A DNA stretch of 64,000 nucleotides from an uncultured candidate division Zixibacteria bacterium (GCA_963668625.2 CAXXKA010000004.1:160001-224000), one strand, 5' to 3'; counted from the stretch's first letter, positions 38,093-48,764 are shown. Made by a program: numbers and translations. The notes: generated by a model from the letters alone, not told the origin.

Positions 38093-39613
38093 ATGAAAGC
38101 TTTATTGATCAGATACCTTATACCCGTCACGATAATTCTGGGTTTATTCATAAACTGCAGCGAAAAATCCGATCTGGCGATTCGCTATGATATGGAGAAA
38201 AAACTCAGTGAGACGGATAAGCTTCAGGAGCAGTTCGCTATTAAGACCGATCAGCTAACCGACTCCGAGCTAAACCAGTTAATCAGTAAATATCTCGAGG
38301 TCGCCGGTATGATCGATTTACCCACTGACAGCGCCGAGGTACAAAAAGCCGATGCCGAACGCAAGCACACCTGGGAACTGGCGATGCTGGCTTACACCAG
38401 GATCGGGGCATTGTATTATGATCATCGCAAAATGTACGATAAAGCATATGAGTATTTCGAGAAAATCGTAAACACACCGGTATCCAGGCCGATCCAGAAA
38501 GGCGCTGCCCTCAACTATATGGCATCCTGCCGAGAGGAGGCCGGAAGCTACGAGGAGGCCGCGGCGATTTATGAAACCCTGGCCGATAGTTACCCTCAAT
38601 ATATCATACCGGAAAATCCCAACATCGATGCTCTAAACGCGCCTATCAAGGTTGCCGAGATGTGGCAAATTTTAGGCGGCGAGCCGAAATATTTTACCAA
38701 GCTCGAGGCCGCACGTAAGTATTACGATAAATTACTGCCCATGCATCCCGGCTCACCGTTCGAGGCCGCCGTGATGGGCAAAATCGTAGGCACGTATCTT
38801 CGCGAGGACAGGTATGATGAGGCGGTCGAGCTTCTGGAGGATACACGGGATGAGAAAACCGGTTTACTCTCTCCCCGTATCATGATGATTCTGGCCGACC
38901 TGTACATGAAAAATATCAAGAACTATCGCAAAGCAGAAAAAGCTTATCGCGATTTCCTGAAACATTACCCTGATTATAGCTCAGCCGGCCAGATGACAAT
39001 GGGACTGGGTGTCGCACTTTATGAGCAGGGAAAGTACAGTCAGGCCAGGGAGGCAATCAAAGATATCGAAAAAATCAAGGGCGTTCGCGGCAGCACGGTC
39101 AGCGAATCGTATTTCCTGACAGCCCTGTGTTATGAGAAGGAAGGCAGTTGGGGCAGGGCGCTAAACCAGTTTAACCTGATCCAGGCGACTTTCGCCGGCA
39201 CAGAAAAAGCGTTCGAGGCCGGTCTTTATGTCGCTAACTATTACCGCAGAAACGGCAAGGATAAACTGGCCGATAACAAATTCAACGAGACAATAGAGTA
39301 TATTACCAAATACACGAATCCGCAAACCTCCAATCCGCTTCTGGCGGCACGGGCCTACGGTTACCTGGCCCGGGCATATACCGAAATGGGCAATCTGGAA
39401 AAAACGATCGAGACGTTAGAAACTGTTTTCAACCAATATCCCCGCTCGCCGGAGGGACGGCTGGCGCCTCTTCGCATAGCGGATTTGTACGAGAACGAAC
39501 AGGGCAAATACCAGGATGCCGCCGACTGGCTGAGAAAGTTCATAGACCAGAACCCCGGCGCGGCTGATACCGTTAAAATAGTAGCGCATATAAAAGAGCT
39601 GGAAGGTAAATAA
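38093..39613 (+). CDS. TPR-repeat protein, probable lipoprotein
   Basis: MKALLIRYLIPVTIILGLFINC signal; many TPR motifs (KAY..F...YP.., LG..LYEQGKY..A). Confidence 0.8.
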   Translation: MKALLIRYLIPVTIILGLFINCSEKSDLAIRYDMEKKLSETDKLQEQFAIKTDQLTDSELNQLISKYLEVAGMIDLPTDSAEVQKADAERKHTWELAMLAYTRIGALYYDHRKMYDKAYEYFEKIVNTPVSRPIQKGAALNYMASCREEAGSYEEAAAIYETLADSYPQYIIPENPNIDALNAPIKVAEMWQILGGEPKYFTKLEAARKYYDKLLPMHPGSPFEAAVMGKIVGTYLREDRYDEAVELLEDTRDEKTGLLSPRIMMILADLYMKNIKNYRKAEKAYRDFLKHYPDYSSAGQMTMGLGVALYEQGKYSQAREAIKDIEKIKGVRGSTVSESYFLTALCYEKEGSWGRALNQFNLIQATFAGTEKAFEAGLYVANYYRRNGKDKLADNKFNETIEYITKYTNPQTSNPLLAARAYGYLARAYTEMGNLEKTIETLETVFNQYPRSPEGRLAPLRIADLYENEQGKYQDAADWLRKFIDQNPGAADTVKIVAHIKELEGK

Positions 39614-40737
39614 TGAAACACCTGAGGCTAATAGCATCCGCGATATTCGTTCTAGCTCTCATATTAAACTGCTCGGAAAAACAGGAGCAATCGCTTTCAC
39701 GAAATTGGCCGTGTTTCAAAGCGAATAATTATCGCACCTCTAATAACGGCAACCCCGGATTGAAATTACCCTTGAGCAGATCCTGGATTTTCGAGAACGA
39801 TTCACCGTTCCAATCATCACCGGTAATTTACGATAATATCCTGTACTGCGGGGCGGATAAAGGCCTGTACGCAATCGACCTGGCAACCAAGAAGGTGTTG
39901 TGGAAATTCGAGACGGCCCAAAAAGTTTATTCTACACCGGCTGTAGATAGCGCCATGATTTATTTCGGTTCCTGGGACTACCATTTTTACGCACTCGATA
40001 GGCTTACCGGCAAGTATAAGTGGAGCTATGCCGATACGGGCGCTTTCTCGAGCTCGCCGTTAATTGATGGTGACATGGTATATGTCGGAAATTACAGCGG
40101 CAATGTCTATGGATTCGACAGAACCTACGGTAGCCTGGTTTGGAAATTCACCGCAGGTCATTATGTAGCCAGTTCGCCGGCAGTTTATGATGATAAACTG
40201 CTGATTGGCAGTTCGGATAAACATCTTTATTGTCTCGATAAAAGCGATGGCTCTTTGATCTGGAAATATATTACCAAGGGCGATATCGTATCCTCCCCTG
40301 CTATCGATAGCGCTGCCGGATACGTATACATAGGCAGTCACGACAACAATATATACTGTATCGATATCGACACCGGATCGAAAATCTGGTCATTCGCCAC
40401 CCGCGATATGGTTGCCTCCTCGCCGGCGTTATACGACAACCGCATACTGGTGGGCTCGCTCGATTCCACGTTTTATTGTCTCGATGCCAAAACAGGCGAT
40501 CCGCTATGGAGCTATAAAACGTATGGCGATATCTATTCCAGCCCGACACCGTTCGATAGCGTGGTAGTTTTCGCCTCGGATGATTTGAATGTGTATATGC
40601 TCGATATCAATAATGGCGCGCAGCTTTACGTGTTCGGTCTCGGCGGTGAGACGGCAGGAAATCCCGCACTCTACGGAAGACAGCTATTTTTCGGAGATAA
40701 GAGCGGACGGCTTTACGGTTTTAGCGAGAGATTTTGA
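39613..40737 (+). CDS. PQQ-like beta-propeller repeat protein (BamB-like), probable lipoprotein
   Basis: Repeated SSP......Y.GS.D..YC.D..TG...W.F blades. Confidence 0.88.
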   Translation: MKHLRLIASAIFVLALILNCSEKQEQSLSRNWPCFKANNYRTSNNGNPGLKLPLSRSWIFENDSPFQSSPVIYDNILYCGADKGLYAIDLATKKVLWKFETAQKVYSTPAVDSAMIYFGSWDYHFYALDRLTGKYKWSYADTGAFSSSPLIDGDMVYVGNYSGNVYGFDRTYGSLVWKFTAGHYVASSPAVYDDKLLIGSSDKHLYCLDKSDGSLIWKYITKGDIVSSPAIDSAAGYVYIGSHDNNIYCIDIDTGSKIWSFATRDMVASSPALYDNRILVGSLDSTFYCLDAKTGDPLWSYKTYGDIYSSPTPFDSVVVFASDDLNVYMLDINNGAQLYVFGLGGETAGNPALYGRQLFFGDKSGRLYGFSERF

Positions 40738-43251
40738 TCGCCCGATGACCAGGCGATAGTTGCCGGCGTTATCCGATTCGATACTTATATTACCCAAATG
40801 CTCGATAGCTTTCCTGAGTTTGTAAATATATTTCACCTGGTTTAATCCGCTATCCAGTGAATTTTTATGTAACCAATTATTATCATTATAATATAATTGT
40901 TGAAAATATTTGAACAACCGCGGCTGTAAAATAACCGGGCGTTCATCCAACTCGACTACATAGTTGACCCCGTCACGAATGGCTCTAAGCGGTGGACGGC
41001 AACTTTTCGATATCAGCTTATTATCGGCTTTTAGCTTACGGCAATTATCGGTGCATTCTTTGAAAAGCTTCTCGGCTACGGATTGCGGTATTGCGGTTAG
41101 CAGCGTTTCGAAATCGGAGTCGATTACATCCCTACGTGTATTTATCCCGATAGCCGATAACCTCAGTATGAAATCCCGCTCCAGAAACGGAATCTGCAAC
41201 CTTGCCAGAGAAATTACCTCTTTGGGCACGCAATGACAAATAGCTCGAGCAATTTCTCTCAAATATTTTAGCTGATTTTTATTCAATCCATTCGCTTTGC
41301 CAATATCAATAGCAGCCCGCAACATTTTCGAGAAATACTCGCCATACTTTTTCAATCTCCCCCAACCGACATCATACTTGCGTTCCAACTCGATAGTTGG
41401 GATTGGCTGAATGATATCTACCAACATCATAGTTGTCATCAGCCGCCTCGAATCGACCTCTACCTCGGGATAATCCAAATACTGTTTTAATGGCCCCGTT
41501 TCGTTCTCTTTATGAGCAACCAAACATGAGCGTAAATAAATATCGATAGGCTCCCTGAAAATAACATTCTGTTTCCCTATCAATTCCCTTTGGCATTCGG
41601 GTATTCCCGTGAGATAATACAGCCAGCTAATGAAACCATCCTCGAGCCCATGACGATCGAATCCATCCCTGATAGACGCCGCCGTGTGCAGCTCTATGTT
41701 ATGCGATACGGCCGCCTGTCCTATAGCCGTGCATTCCAGTCGGCAGCCATTAATGGTTGTGAAACCTTGCCTGATTAACTCATCAACGATTTCGGTGGGG
41801 ATTTGCGTCTCGATTTTCTCCGCGAATCCCCGAAGTGATCGCTTAAGCTGATTTTTAGCCTCGCCATAGTCCCGAATGATACCACAGCTAATCAGGCCCA
41901 GTGTGAATAATGCCAGTTGCTCTTTTGGAGAGACCCCGGGCCGAGCGCTGATCGTGTTATTAATGAAGTAATCACGGATATTTTCCCTGTCGTTATCATC
42001 CTCGGCTATAATCACCGCCCGCCCGAAATTATCCTCCTGCCCCAGGCGGCCGGCTCGTCCCGACATCTGGTTGTAATCGTATTGCTTGAGTATCTTCAAT
42101 ACCGGAGTACCATCCAGGGCGCTGTAATATCTCTGGGGATTAATAAACACGTTGCGCGAGGGCAAATTCACCCCCATAGCCAGGGTCGAGGTACATATCA
42201 GCAGACGAATCTCTCCCTCGCGAAAACCAGTCTCGACTATTTTTCGCATCGAAAGCCCCAAATCCGCGTTATGATAGGCTACCCCACTCTTTAAGCATTC
42301 GATCAGAGCCGTCTTCTGCAGGGTTTCCGGCAACAGGTTCAAATTCTCGATTGTTCCTCTTGCCTCGGGAATATCAAAAACCTCGGCAATAATCCGCGCC
42401 AACCCTAAACTGCTCGATCTATCCGGCACGAATATCAAAGCCTGTTCATCATTATTTACAATATACTTTATCGAATTCAATTGATCCGTGTTCAAACCAT
42501 CATGCTCGGACACGATGCAATTATCATTACTTTCAGCCCTAAAATACTCGATACCCTCGGTATAATCGTTATATCTCTTATAGTAAAATTTACCGTTAAA
42601 CAACACTCCCCGGTGAAGTTCAACCGGGCGATTAGTGGAGTTCAAAACGGGGATAGCAAGCCATCTCTCCAGAAAAGAGCATTCCGTGTACCCGCCAAGC
42701 AATCCCACGATTTGGATAGAATCGTTATAGTGACGAACTTTAGCCAGCGCCGATTCGCAGACCAGCCCGCGACCGTTTTCACATATAAGCTGGAACTCAT
42801 CGAATACGACCGTTCCCACCGATTCCAATAGCTTCAAATCGGTTGAACTCAAACCATTAAACATTTCATACACAACGATTGCTATATCATATTTCGCCTT
42901 CAAGAAAGGTTCTTTATTATTAGGATAGTCTGAACTGACAATTAGTATTTTCGACTTTAACTTACGATATCGCTTTCGCAATTCATGATATTTCTCGGCA
43001 GCTATAGCTTTCAAAGGCACGAGTATTATCGCTTTTTGCCTTTTAGCTACCGCCCGCATGGCTGCAAGCTCGCCGCATAATGTCTTGCCCGAGGAGGTAG
43101 GGCCGTTGATCAGCAACGACTTACCATCCAGCAAACCGTAGCTTTTGACAGCTGCAGCCTGTAACGGCAGAAGAGTCCTGATACCATCGTCACGCCACAC
43201 CTCGACCACACCGGGCGGCATACCGAAACTGACTATATCCTCAACCCGCAT
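40684..43251 (-). CDS. Ski2/Hel308-like SF2 helicase with C-terminal wHTH-like extension
   Basis: LLPLQ, GPTSSGKT, VPLKAIA, VFDEFQ, GVAYHNADL, CTSTLAMGVNLP, QMSGRAGR. Confidence 0.88.
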   Translation of the reverse strand: MRVEDIVSFGMPPGVVEVWRDDGIRTLLPLQAAAVKSYGLLDGKSLLINGPTSSGKTLCGELAAMRAVAKRQKAIILVPLKAIAAEKYHELRKRYRKLKSKILIVSSDYPNNKEPFLKAKYDIAIVVYEMFNGLSSTDLKLLESVGTVVFDEFQLICENGRGLVCESALAKVRHYNDSIQIVGLLGGYTECSFLERWLAIPVLNSTNRPVELHRGVLFNGKFYYKRYNDYTEGIEYFRAESNDNCIVSEHDGLNTDQLNSIKYIVNNDEQALIFVPDRSSSLGLARIIAEVFDIPEARGTIENLNLLPETLQKTALIECLKSGVAYHNADLGLSMRKIVETGFREGEIRLLICTSTLAMGVNLPSRNVFINPQRYYSALDGTPVLKILKQYDYNQMSGRAGRLGQEDNFGRAVIIAEDDNDRENIRDYFINNTISARPGVSPKEQLALFTLGLISCGIIRDYGEAKNQLKRSLRGFAEKIETQIPTEIVDELIRQGFTTINGCRLECTAIGQAAVSHNIELHTAASIRDGFDRHGLEDGFISWLYYLTGIPECQRELIGKQNVIFREPIDIYLRSCLVAHKENETGPLKQYLDYPEVEVDSRRLMTTMMLVDIIQPIPTIELERKYDVGWGRLKKYGEYFSKMLRAAIDIGKANGLNKNQLKYLREIARAICHCVPKEVISLARLQIPFLERDFILRLSAIGINTRRDVIDSDFETLLTAIPQSVAEKLFKECTDNCRKLKADNKLISKSCRPPLRAIRDGVNYVVELDERPVILQPRLFKYFQQLYYNDNNWLHKNSLDSGLNQVKYIYKLRKAIEHLGNISIESDNAGNYRLVIGRSKSLAKTVKPSALISEK

Positions 43252-43257
43252 CGCCCC

Positions 43258-43452
43258 CTACCCGCACAAACTATACCCGCAGTTCATGCAATTAAAGCAT
43301 CCCCCGGAGGCTACGATATAACCATAGCATTCCGGGCAGTAGAGATTATTGCATTCACTGCACATATAAAATCTGCCATCGAAAACAAGCTGCCCGCCGC
43401 AACGGCATGTTTTCTGGCCGGCTAACAACTCGTACTGCATTGGTGATGCCAT
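43258..43452 (-). CDS. Small multi-Cys zinc-ribbon protein
   Basis: RBS AAGGAG; CRCG, CSEC, CPEC, CFNCMNCGYSLCG. Directly upstream of the helicase. Confidence 0.7.
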   Translation of the reverse strand: MASPMQYELLAGQKTCRCGGQLVFDGRFYMCSECNNLYCPECYGYIVASGGCFNCMNCGYSLCG

Positions 43453-43552
43453 TTTAAACTCCTTGATTAAAGCTCTGGTTCAGGGTGACGGCCGGGCTTC
43501 TATGCCCGACCGCCGGAGGGGTTCCGCCCTGAATTATTAATACCTGCACTTA

Positions 43553-43581
43553 ATCATACTGAACATTTGAACCCTTGTCAA
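43553..43581 (-). promoter_or_regulatory. sigma70 promoter for the Zn-ribbon/helicase operon
   Basis: On the minus strand: TTGACA-N17-TATGAT. Confidence 0.7.
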
Positions 43582-43636
43582 GTGTTTTCGGCAAATATTT
43601 CTTGACTATTAGCTAAATTTGTATATTTTGGCGGTC

Positions 43637-43843
43637 ATGAAGATTAAAAATAAAATCCGTGAAATGCGCCTGAAAAAGGGTCTGTCGCAAGCCGAACTCG
43701 CTGAAATTATTGGAGTTAGCCGTCAAACTATTATCTCCATAGAAAAGGGAGCCTGTGTCCCATCTACCCTGTTGGCGCTAAGATTATCTAAACTGTTCGG
43801 CAAAACAGTAAACGAACTTTTCTCACTCCTCACCAAAAAGTAA
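43637..43843 (+). CDS. XRE-family HTH transcriptional regulator
   Basis: IREMRLKKGLSQAELAEIIGVSRQTIISIEKG...PSTLLALRLSKLF. Confidence 0.9.
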   Translation: MKIKNKIREMRLKKGLSQAELAEIIGVSRQTIISIEKGACVPSTLLALRLSKLFGKTVNELFSLLTKK

Positions 43844-43860
43844 TTTCCAGGAGGCAAACA

Positions 43861-44664
43861 TTGAAGAAGGCTTTAATATTCATCCTCATGCTTACAGTAG
43901 TCTCTATAGCATCCGAGGGTAAAGTCACGATCTCGATCGATGGTATGTCCTGCAACGCTTGCGTTGGCAAGGTCACATCCACACTCGAGAAAATCGATGG
44001 GGTAAAATCCGCTCAGGTTACTTTAAAACCAGGGGCTGCCACAGTCATCTTCAATGATCAAAAGGCCGATTCCAAAAAGCTGATGCAAGCGATCTCCGCA
44101 CTGGGTTATAAAGCCAGTTTAGGCGATCAAACACTCGGCCAGGCTACACACTGTCAGGAACACGAAACAGCTGAGGTAATCGTAAAACCGGCTCCCGGGC
44201 CGGAACCTAAACAGATTACCGTAACAGCCGGCTGTGATCCCACCAAATGCAAAGTTACGAACTGCAGAGCTAAAGCCAAAGCCGCGCCCTCTAAAGAGTC
44301 CGCGCCTGAGGCTTCAACCTCCCACGCTGACGCCCACACTTGCCCTACCATTAATGAGTGCAAAGAGCTGATCGCTTTTCATGAGGCCATGCACCCCATG
44401 CATGAGGCTTTAGCCGCCGGTAATTATGACAGAGTACGCGGTGGTTATGAGTTGCTCGATGACAAAGCTCAGGCAATTGCCAAAATGAATTGTGACGAGA
44501 AATGTGTAACTGATGTGAAGAAATTCAAACAACTTCGGAAGAACTTGCTTAATGATGTTAAAGCGTTAGGCAAGGCAGTACGAAAAGATAATAATGATAA
44601 CTTAGCGATGGCATTCAACAGGATGCATGAGACCTACGTTGAGTTAGGAACCTTAGCCAGGTAG
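43861..44664 (+). CDS. Exported heavy-metal-associated (HMA) domain protein with His/Cys-rich helical C-terminus
   Basis: Signal peptide; IDGMSCNACV; FHEAMHPMHE and FNRMHE. Confidence 0.8.
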   Translation: MKKALIFILMLTVVSIASEGKVTISIDGMSCNACVGKVTSTLEKIDGVKSAQVTLKPGAATVIFNDQKADSKKLMQAISALGYKASLGDQTLGQATHCQEHETAEVIVKPAPGPEPKQITVTAGCDPTKCKVTNCRAKAKAAPSKESAPEASTSHADAHTCPTINECKELIAFHEAMHPMHEALAAGNYDRVRGGYELLDDKAQAIAKMNCDEKCVTDVKKFKQLRKNLLNDVKALGKAVRKDNNDNLAMAFNRMHETYVELGTLAR

Positions 44665-44857
44665 TAACTATTTTAGTAGAAATTTATTGGAAGTATTAAG
44701 CGGGTTGGAAAGGCCCGCTTTTTTTGTGGGTAGCATCGCCAAAATCCCACCCAAAGCCAGTCATTGCGAGGACCGGAGGGACGAAGTCCCGATAGGGATC
44801 CCTATCTTTGGGACAATCTGTTGAAATCGAGCAGTAACCTTAAGATATGTAGAAGGC

Positions 44858-46801
44858 CTATTTCTCCTCACAAAAAAGCTGAAGCTCTGTAAGAGATAAT
44901 TTTTCCTGTTTTATTAGTCCTAATATATTCTGTTTAGTATATACTTCTAATGCTAAATTAAAGTGATATCTTGCTTTCCCACAATTTACTTCCTTATTAA
45001 AGCTTTCAGCTAAGGTCCAGTAAACAAGTCCAACATTATGTTGTGTATATGCAAACAATATCGGAAATCGTTCTATTGTTCTTGTCCTTAATGACTCTTT
45101 AAAAGCCATTAAAGCTAAATCACAATTATAAGATTTATCTTTTTCTTCACTTAGGTTACGATAAGCATTTCCAAGATTGTTGTTAGTTATCGCATAATTC
45201 ATTGGGAATTGCTCGTATTTATAAATTCTAAGCGCTTCTTTGTAAGCTTCTATTGCTAATTCACTATTTAATATCTTATCTTTCTCTTCACACAATATTC
45301 GATAGGCATTACCAATATTATTTTTAACCATCGCATAATTAAGTGGATAGTTACTCAATGTGTATATTTTTAAAGATTCTTTAAAGGAGTTTATTGCTAG
45401 TTTACAATTATAGACTTTATCAACTCTTTCGCTTAATGCTCCATACGCAACACCTAAATTATTTTGTGCCATTGCATAATCCAAGGAATAGTGCTTAATA
45501 GTAAATATTTTTATTACTTCTTTGTGACATTCTATAGCATTTTTATTATTTTTTTCTTTATTTTCAATATCAGATAATTTCCTGTATACTACGCCAAGAT
45601 TGTTTTGAACACTAGCATATTTAAACTTGTTATAATTAAATGTCCAATATTTTAGCACTTTAGTATATACATTTATAGCTAAATTCATATATTCGCAGAT
45701 CCTTAGATCATATTGACCTAATTCATCAGCTTGCACTCCAATATAAAACAAAACATCTGGATCATCATTAAAGATACCATACAGCTTATTTAGATTATCC
45801 AGTTGATCTATATCTTGAATAATAAACTCTTTAAGATAAGTCTCCTCAGCCCAGATATAATCATCTTTATATAATATAAATCCGTTTTCTTTAAGCTTAT
45901 TGAACATATCCACATATTGGTATTTCTGCTTTTTCATACCTAACATTTCTTCAGAGACTTTTATAATACGAGATAACGAGAATACCTCTTTTGATTGATA
46001 AACACCTCCTGAATATAAACACTTTATTGCAATGAGAATATTTCTCTCTTCAGGAGTCAATTTTTTGTCATAACGAGTAGCCATCTCCTTAAGATCTAAA
46101 AAGATAGTTCCGATATTGCCATCATACCAATTTGGTAATTTTCGTCCTGTACTTTTCGCAACTTGTTTAGCGCTATCTTTATCAAATCTTGGAATTTCAA
46201 TGACTTCATCAAAATATGATGATATTTTTTCACCTAGACAATTAAGATTCTTCCCCCCACGGCAGGTAGCTATGACAATACCATTATCATCATTGCTGCG
46301 CACATACTCGGAAAGCAAATATTCAAAGTTTGTTTTAGCCATGTATTTATCTATATCATCGAATAAAACGATTTTCTTCCGCCTGAATAGCCAATTTAAA
46401 GGCTTACGAAAATCCTTTGTTGATACATCAGCGACTTTGGGGATTAAAACGCTATATGTATCTTCGCTATCATGGAAGTATTGGTATACCGATCTTGATT
46501 TTCCAGAAAGCGGATTTCCGACAACTAGGATGTTTTTCTTATTCTTGATAGCTTTTTCAATAGCTTCATCAATAATTTTTCTTCTGTGGTAATACTTATG
46601 AAAGCCATGCTCTAATAATGCTCTGTTACCCAGCACCTCATCTGGTTTAACTCTTTTAGAACTTTTCCAAACCGCTGAATAAGTATTTCTAATAATTCGC
46701 CAACGTTTGAAATAAAAACCGCAAAAGGCAATAAGTATTGCAGAAGCTATAGCAATAATTTCGCCGATGGTTAAATTGATATTAAGCAAAATCAAGCTCA
46801 T
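44858..46801 (-). CDS. TM-anchored P-loop NTPase (STAND-like) with C-terminal TPR repeats; AT-rich
   Basis: N-terminal TM; Walker A GNPLSGKS, Walker B IVLFDD; five repeats of YA...NNLG..Y..L. Confidence 0.75.
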   Translation of the reverse strand: MSLILLNINLTIGEIIAIASAILIAFCGFYFKRWRIIRNTYSAVWKSSKRVKPDEVLGNRALLEHGFHKYYHRRKIIDEAIEKAIKNKKNILVVGNPLSGKSRSVYQYFHDSEDTYSVLIPKVADVSTKDFRKPLNWLFRRKKIVLFDDIDKYMAKTNFEYLLSEYVRSNDDNGIVIATCRGGKNLNCLGEKISSYFDEVIEIPRFDKDSAKQVAKSTGRKLPNWYDGNIGTIFLDLKEMATRYDKKLTPEERNILIAIKCLYSGGVYQSKEVFSLSRIIKVSEEMLGMKKQKYQYVDMFNKLKENGFILYKDDYIWAEETYLKEFIIQDIDQLDNLNKLYGIFNDDPDVLFYIGVQADELGQYDLRICEYMNLAINVYTKVLKYWTFNYNKFKYASVQNNLGVVYRKLSDIENKEKNNKNAIECHKEVIKIFTIKHYSLDYAMAQNNLGVAYGALSERVDKVYNCKLAINSFKESLKIYTLSNYPLNYAMVKNNIGNAYRILCEEKDKILNSELAIEAYKEALRIYKYEQFPMNYAITNNNLGNAYRNLSEEKDKSYNCDLALMAFKESLRTRTIERFPILFAYTQHNVGLVYWTLAESFNKEVNCGKARYHFNLALEVYTKQNILGLIKQEKLSLTELQLFCEEK

Positions 46802-46954
46802 ACTACACCCCTATACTATCAGTAATAGCATTATACACTCATTAATACACGAAGTCTAGGGAATTATTCAATATGGCAGCTAATGCGGGACAGGAATGCC
46901 CCGGCTCTTAGATGGTGGAACCGCCGATTTTGATGCGACATCTCGTATAAAATA

Positions 46955-47043
46955 GTAGGGGCTGATCTAAGACCAGCCCGCTAATTACCACTATATTTTA
47001 TGCTGTGAGATAAACTGCGGAGCGATCTTAGATCGCCCCCTAC
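46955..47043. repeat. GTAG-type REP inverted doublet
   Basis: GTAGGGGCTGATCTAAGACCAGCCCGC ... GCGGAGCGATCTTAGATCGCCCCCTAC. Confidence 0.65.
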
Positions 47044-47063
47044 GAGCTTATCTGTTTGACAGC

Positions 47064-47573
47064 CTACTCCCCATACCTATACGCCGGCATTACGATATCA
47101 ACATACTTGGTCATCTGCATGTTGTCGTAAGGCTGGGCCTGCGCGTAGCTGATTGTCGCGACCTCCGTATCATACCTGTAGACGTTTACATCCGTTCGGT
47201 CCGGGACATAGTAAACCTCAGCGGTTATCCTCACGTAATCCTCGGTATTGTGAAGGTTATACCCTATCGGTGTCAGATAGTAAAGATTATCCTCGCCGGT
47301 ATCACACTGGTCGTAGTTGAAAAAGCCTTTCTCCTCGCCATCACACAGAACCTTGTTGACATAGATATTCAAAGCGGTATTTTCCAGCGGTTGACGTTCT
47401 TCGCCCTCGACCTGATAAAAGGTCCTGACTATGTAATGAAAATCAACACTGATCTGGGGTGCGATAGACGAATCGCAAGCGTCCTCATCATCCGAGCCGA
47501 ACAGATTACAGCTGACTATTGGTATAATTAATATTATCAATGATGCGTAAATGATGTATTTAACCGCGCGCAT
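47064..47573 (-). CDS. Lipoprotein (paralog of 47666-48172)
   Basis: Lipobox IVSC; shared C....AP.ISV...YQV...C....G.F.Y...Y...NTED pattern. Confidence 0.7.
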   Translation of the reverse strand: MRAVKYIIYASLIILIIPIVSCNLFGSDDEDACDSSIAPQISVDFHYIVRTFYQVEGEERQPLENTALNIYVNKVLCDGEEKGFFNYDQCDTGEDNLYYLTPIGYNLHNTEDYVRITAEVYYVPDRTDVNVYRYDTEVATISYAQAQPYDNMQMTKYVDIVMPAYRYGE

Positions 47574-47665
47574 TTAACATTCCTCCTGCCATTGTTGATA
47601 ATGTATCTATATTGCCTGTATCGTCTCTATAGACAATGTTTTTAGAGAAAAGATTAATATAGCAA

Positions 47666-48172
47666 TTAATCTTCGCTCGATAAAGCATCAAACACGATAT
47701 CGATATTATAATTTAAATACTCGCCAGCCTCATCGGCCTGGGTATAGGTAATTGTCTCCATTTTCTGCCTATCGAACAATTGCACGATCGTCGTATCCTC
47801 AGGCATATTCAGCACCTCAGACTCTATATTGATCACGATCACATCCTCGGTATTACTCATACCATAATTGACATAATAGCTAACTGAATTACCTTCTAAA
47901 CCGGTATGGCTGTTGGGATATTCGAAATACCCCTCTACATTATCTTCACACTCCATCTTCCAAATCTCGACTTTTAGATACGCATTGTTTAAGGGATGTC
48001 TTGGTTGGTCATATACCTGATAGTAAGTTGATATGTTTAGATGCACTGTAACACTAATATGGGGAGCCTCGGTTTTCTGGCATTCATCTTCCGGATCATC
48101 CGGCTCACATGCTATAATACTCAGGCATAAAATACATATCATTATATATAATGCTGTCTTGAATAGATACAT
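47666..48172 (-). CDS. Lipoprotein (paralog of 47064-47573)
   Basis: Lipobox IIAC; same conserved pattern. Confidence 0.7.
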   Translation of the reverse strand: MYLFKTALYIMICILCLSIIACEPDDPEDECQKTEAPHISVTVHLNISTYYQVYDQPRHPLNNAYLKVEIWKMECEDNVEGYFEYPNSHTGLEGNSVSYYVNYGMSNTEDVIVINIESEVLNMPEDTTIVQLFDRQKMETITYTQADEAGEYLNYNIDIVFDALSSED

Positions 48173-48557
48173 CCTTAATCCTCCCGGTCATCTTTTGTTA
48201 ATACTGCTGCTTTTAATTTTGAATTATGTCGCGGGATACCCCGAGAATTCAAATACTGCGGTTTAATCAGTTCCCATCAAGCAGGAATGATTAATTATAC
48301 ATATACAAATATGTTATCGTCAAGATGATTAAACAAATTTTATTAAATCGATATTGATTTAATCTCCCGTATAGCCGCATCTTAGCTGCATTAACGGGAT
48401 GCTCGAGTGGGGAGCTGCCCAAAAAATGCTTGACAATAATTAATTATGATGCATTATTAAAGTGGGATCAATGGAAGTCGCCGCGAGTCCCGCATACCCA
48501 ATATGCAGAAATTACCTTTAGTTTGTTTAGTTTTAAATGTCCGGGAGGTTGTGTTAT

Positions 48558-48764
48558 ATGCCGGTCGGTAAGGTAAAATGGTTCAATGATAAAAAAGGCT
48601 TCGGCTTTTTAGTTTCCGATGACCAAGACAATCAAGACGTATTCGTTCACTACAGTTCAATCGTTGGCGAGGGATTTAAAACATTGAATCCGGGCGATGA
48701 TGTCCAGTTCGAGTTAATCCAGGGGCCCAAAGGACTGCAGGCACAAAACGTATCGAGAGTGTGA
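48558..48764 (+). CDS. csp: Cold-shock protein
   Basis: [14 protein letters not shown]...VFVHYS...GFKTL...[10 protein letters not shown]; RBS GGAGG. Confidence 0.95.
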   Translation: MPVGKVKWFNDKKGFGFLVSDDQDNQDVFVHYSSIVGEGFKTLNPGDDVQFELIQGPKGLQAQNVSRV

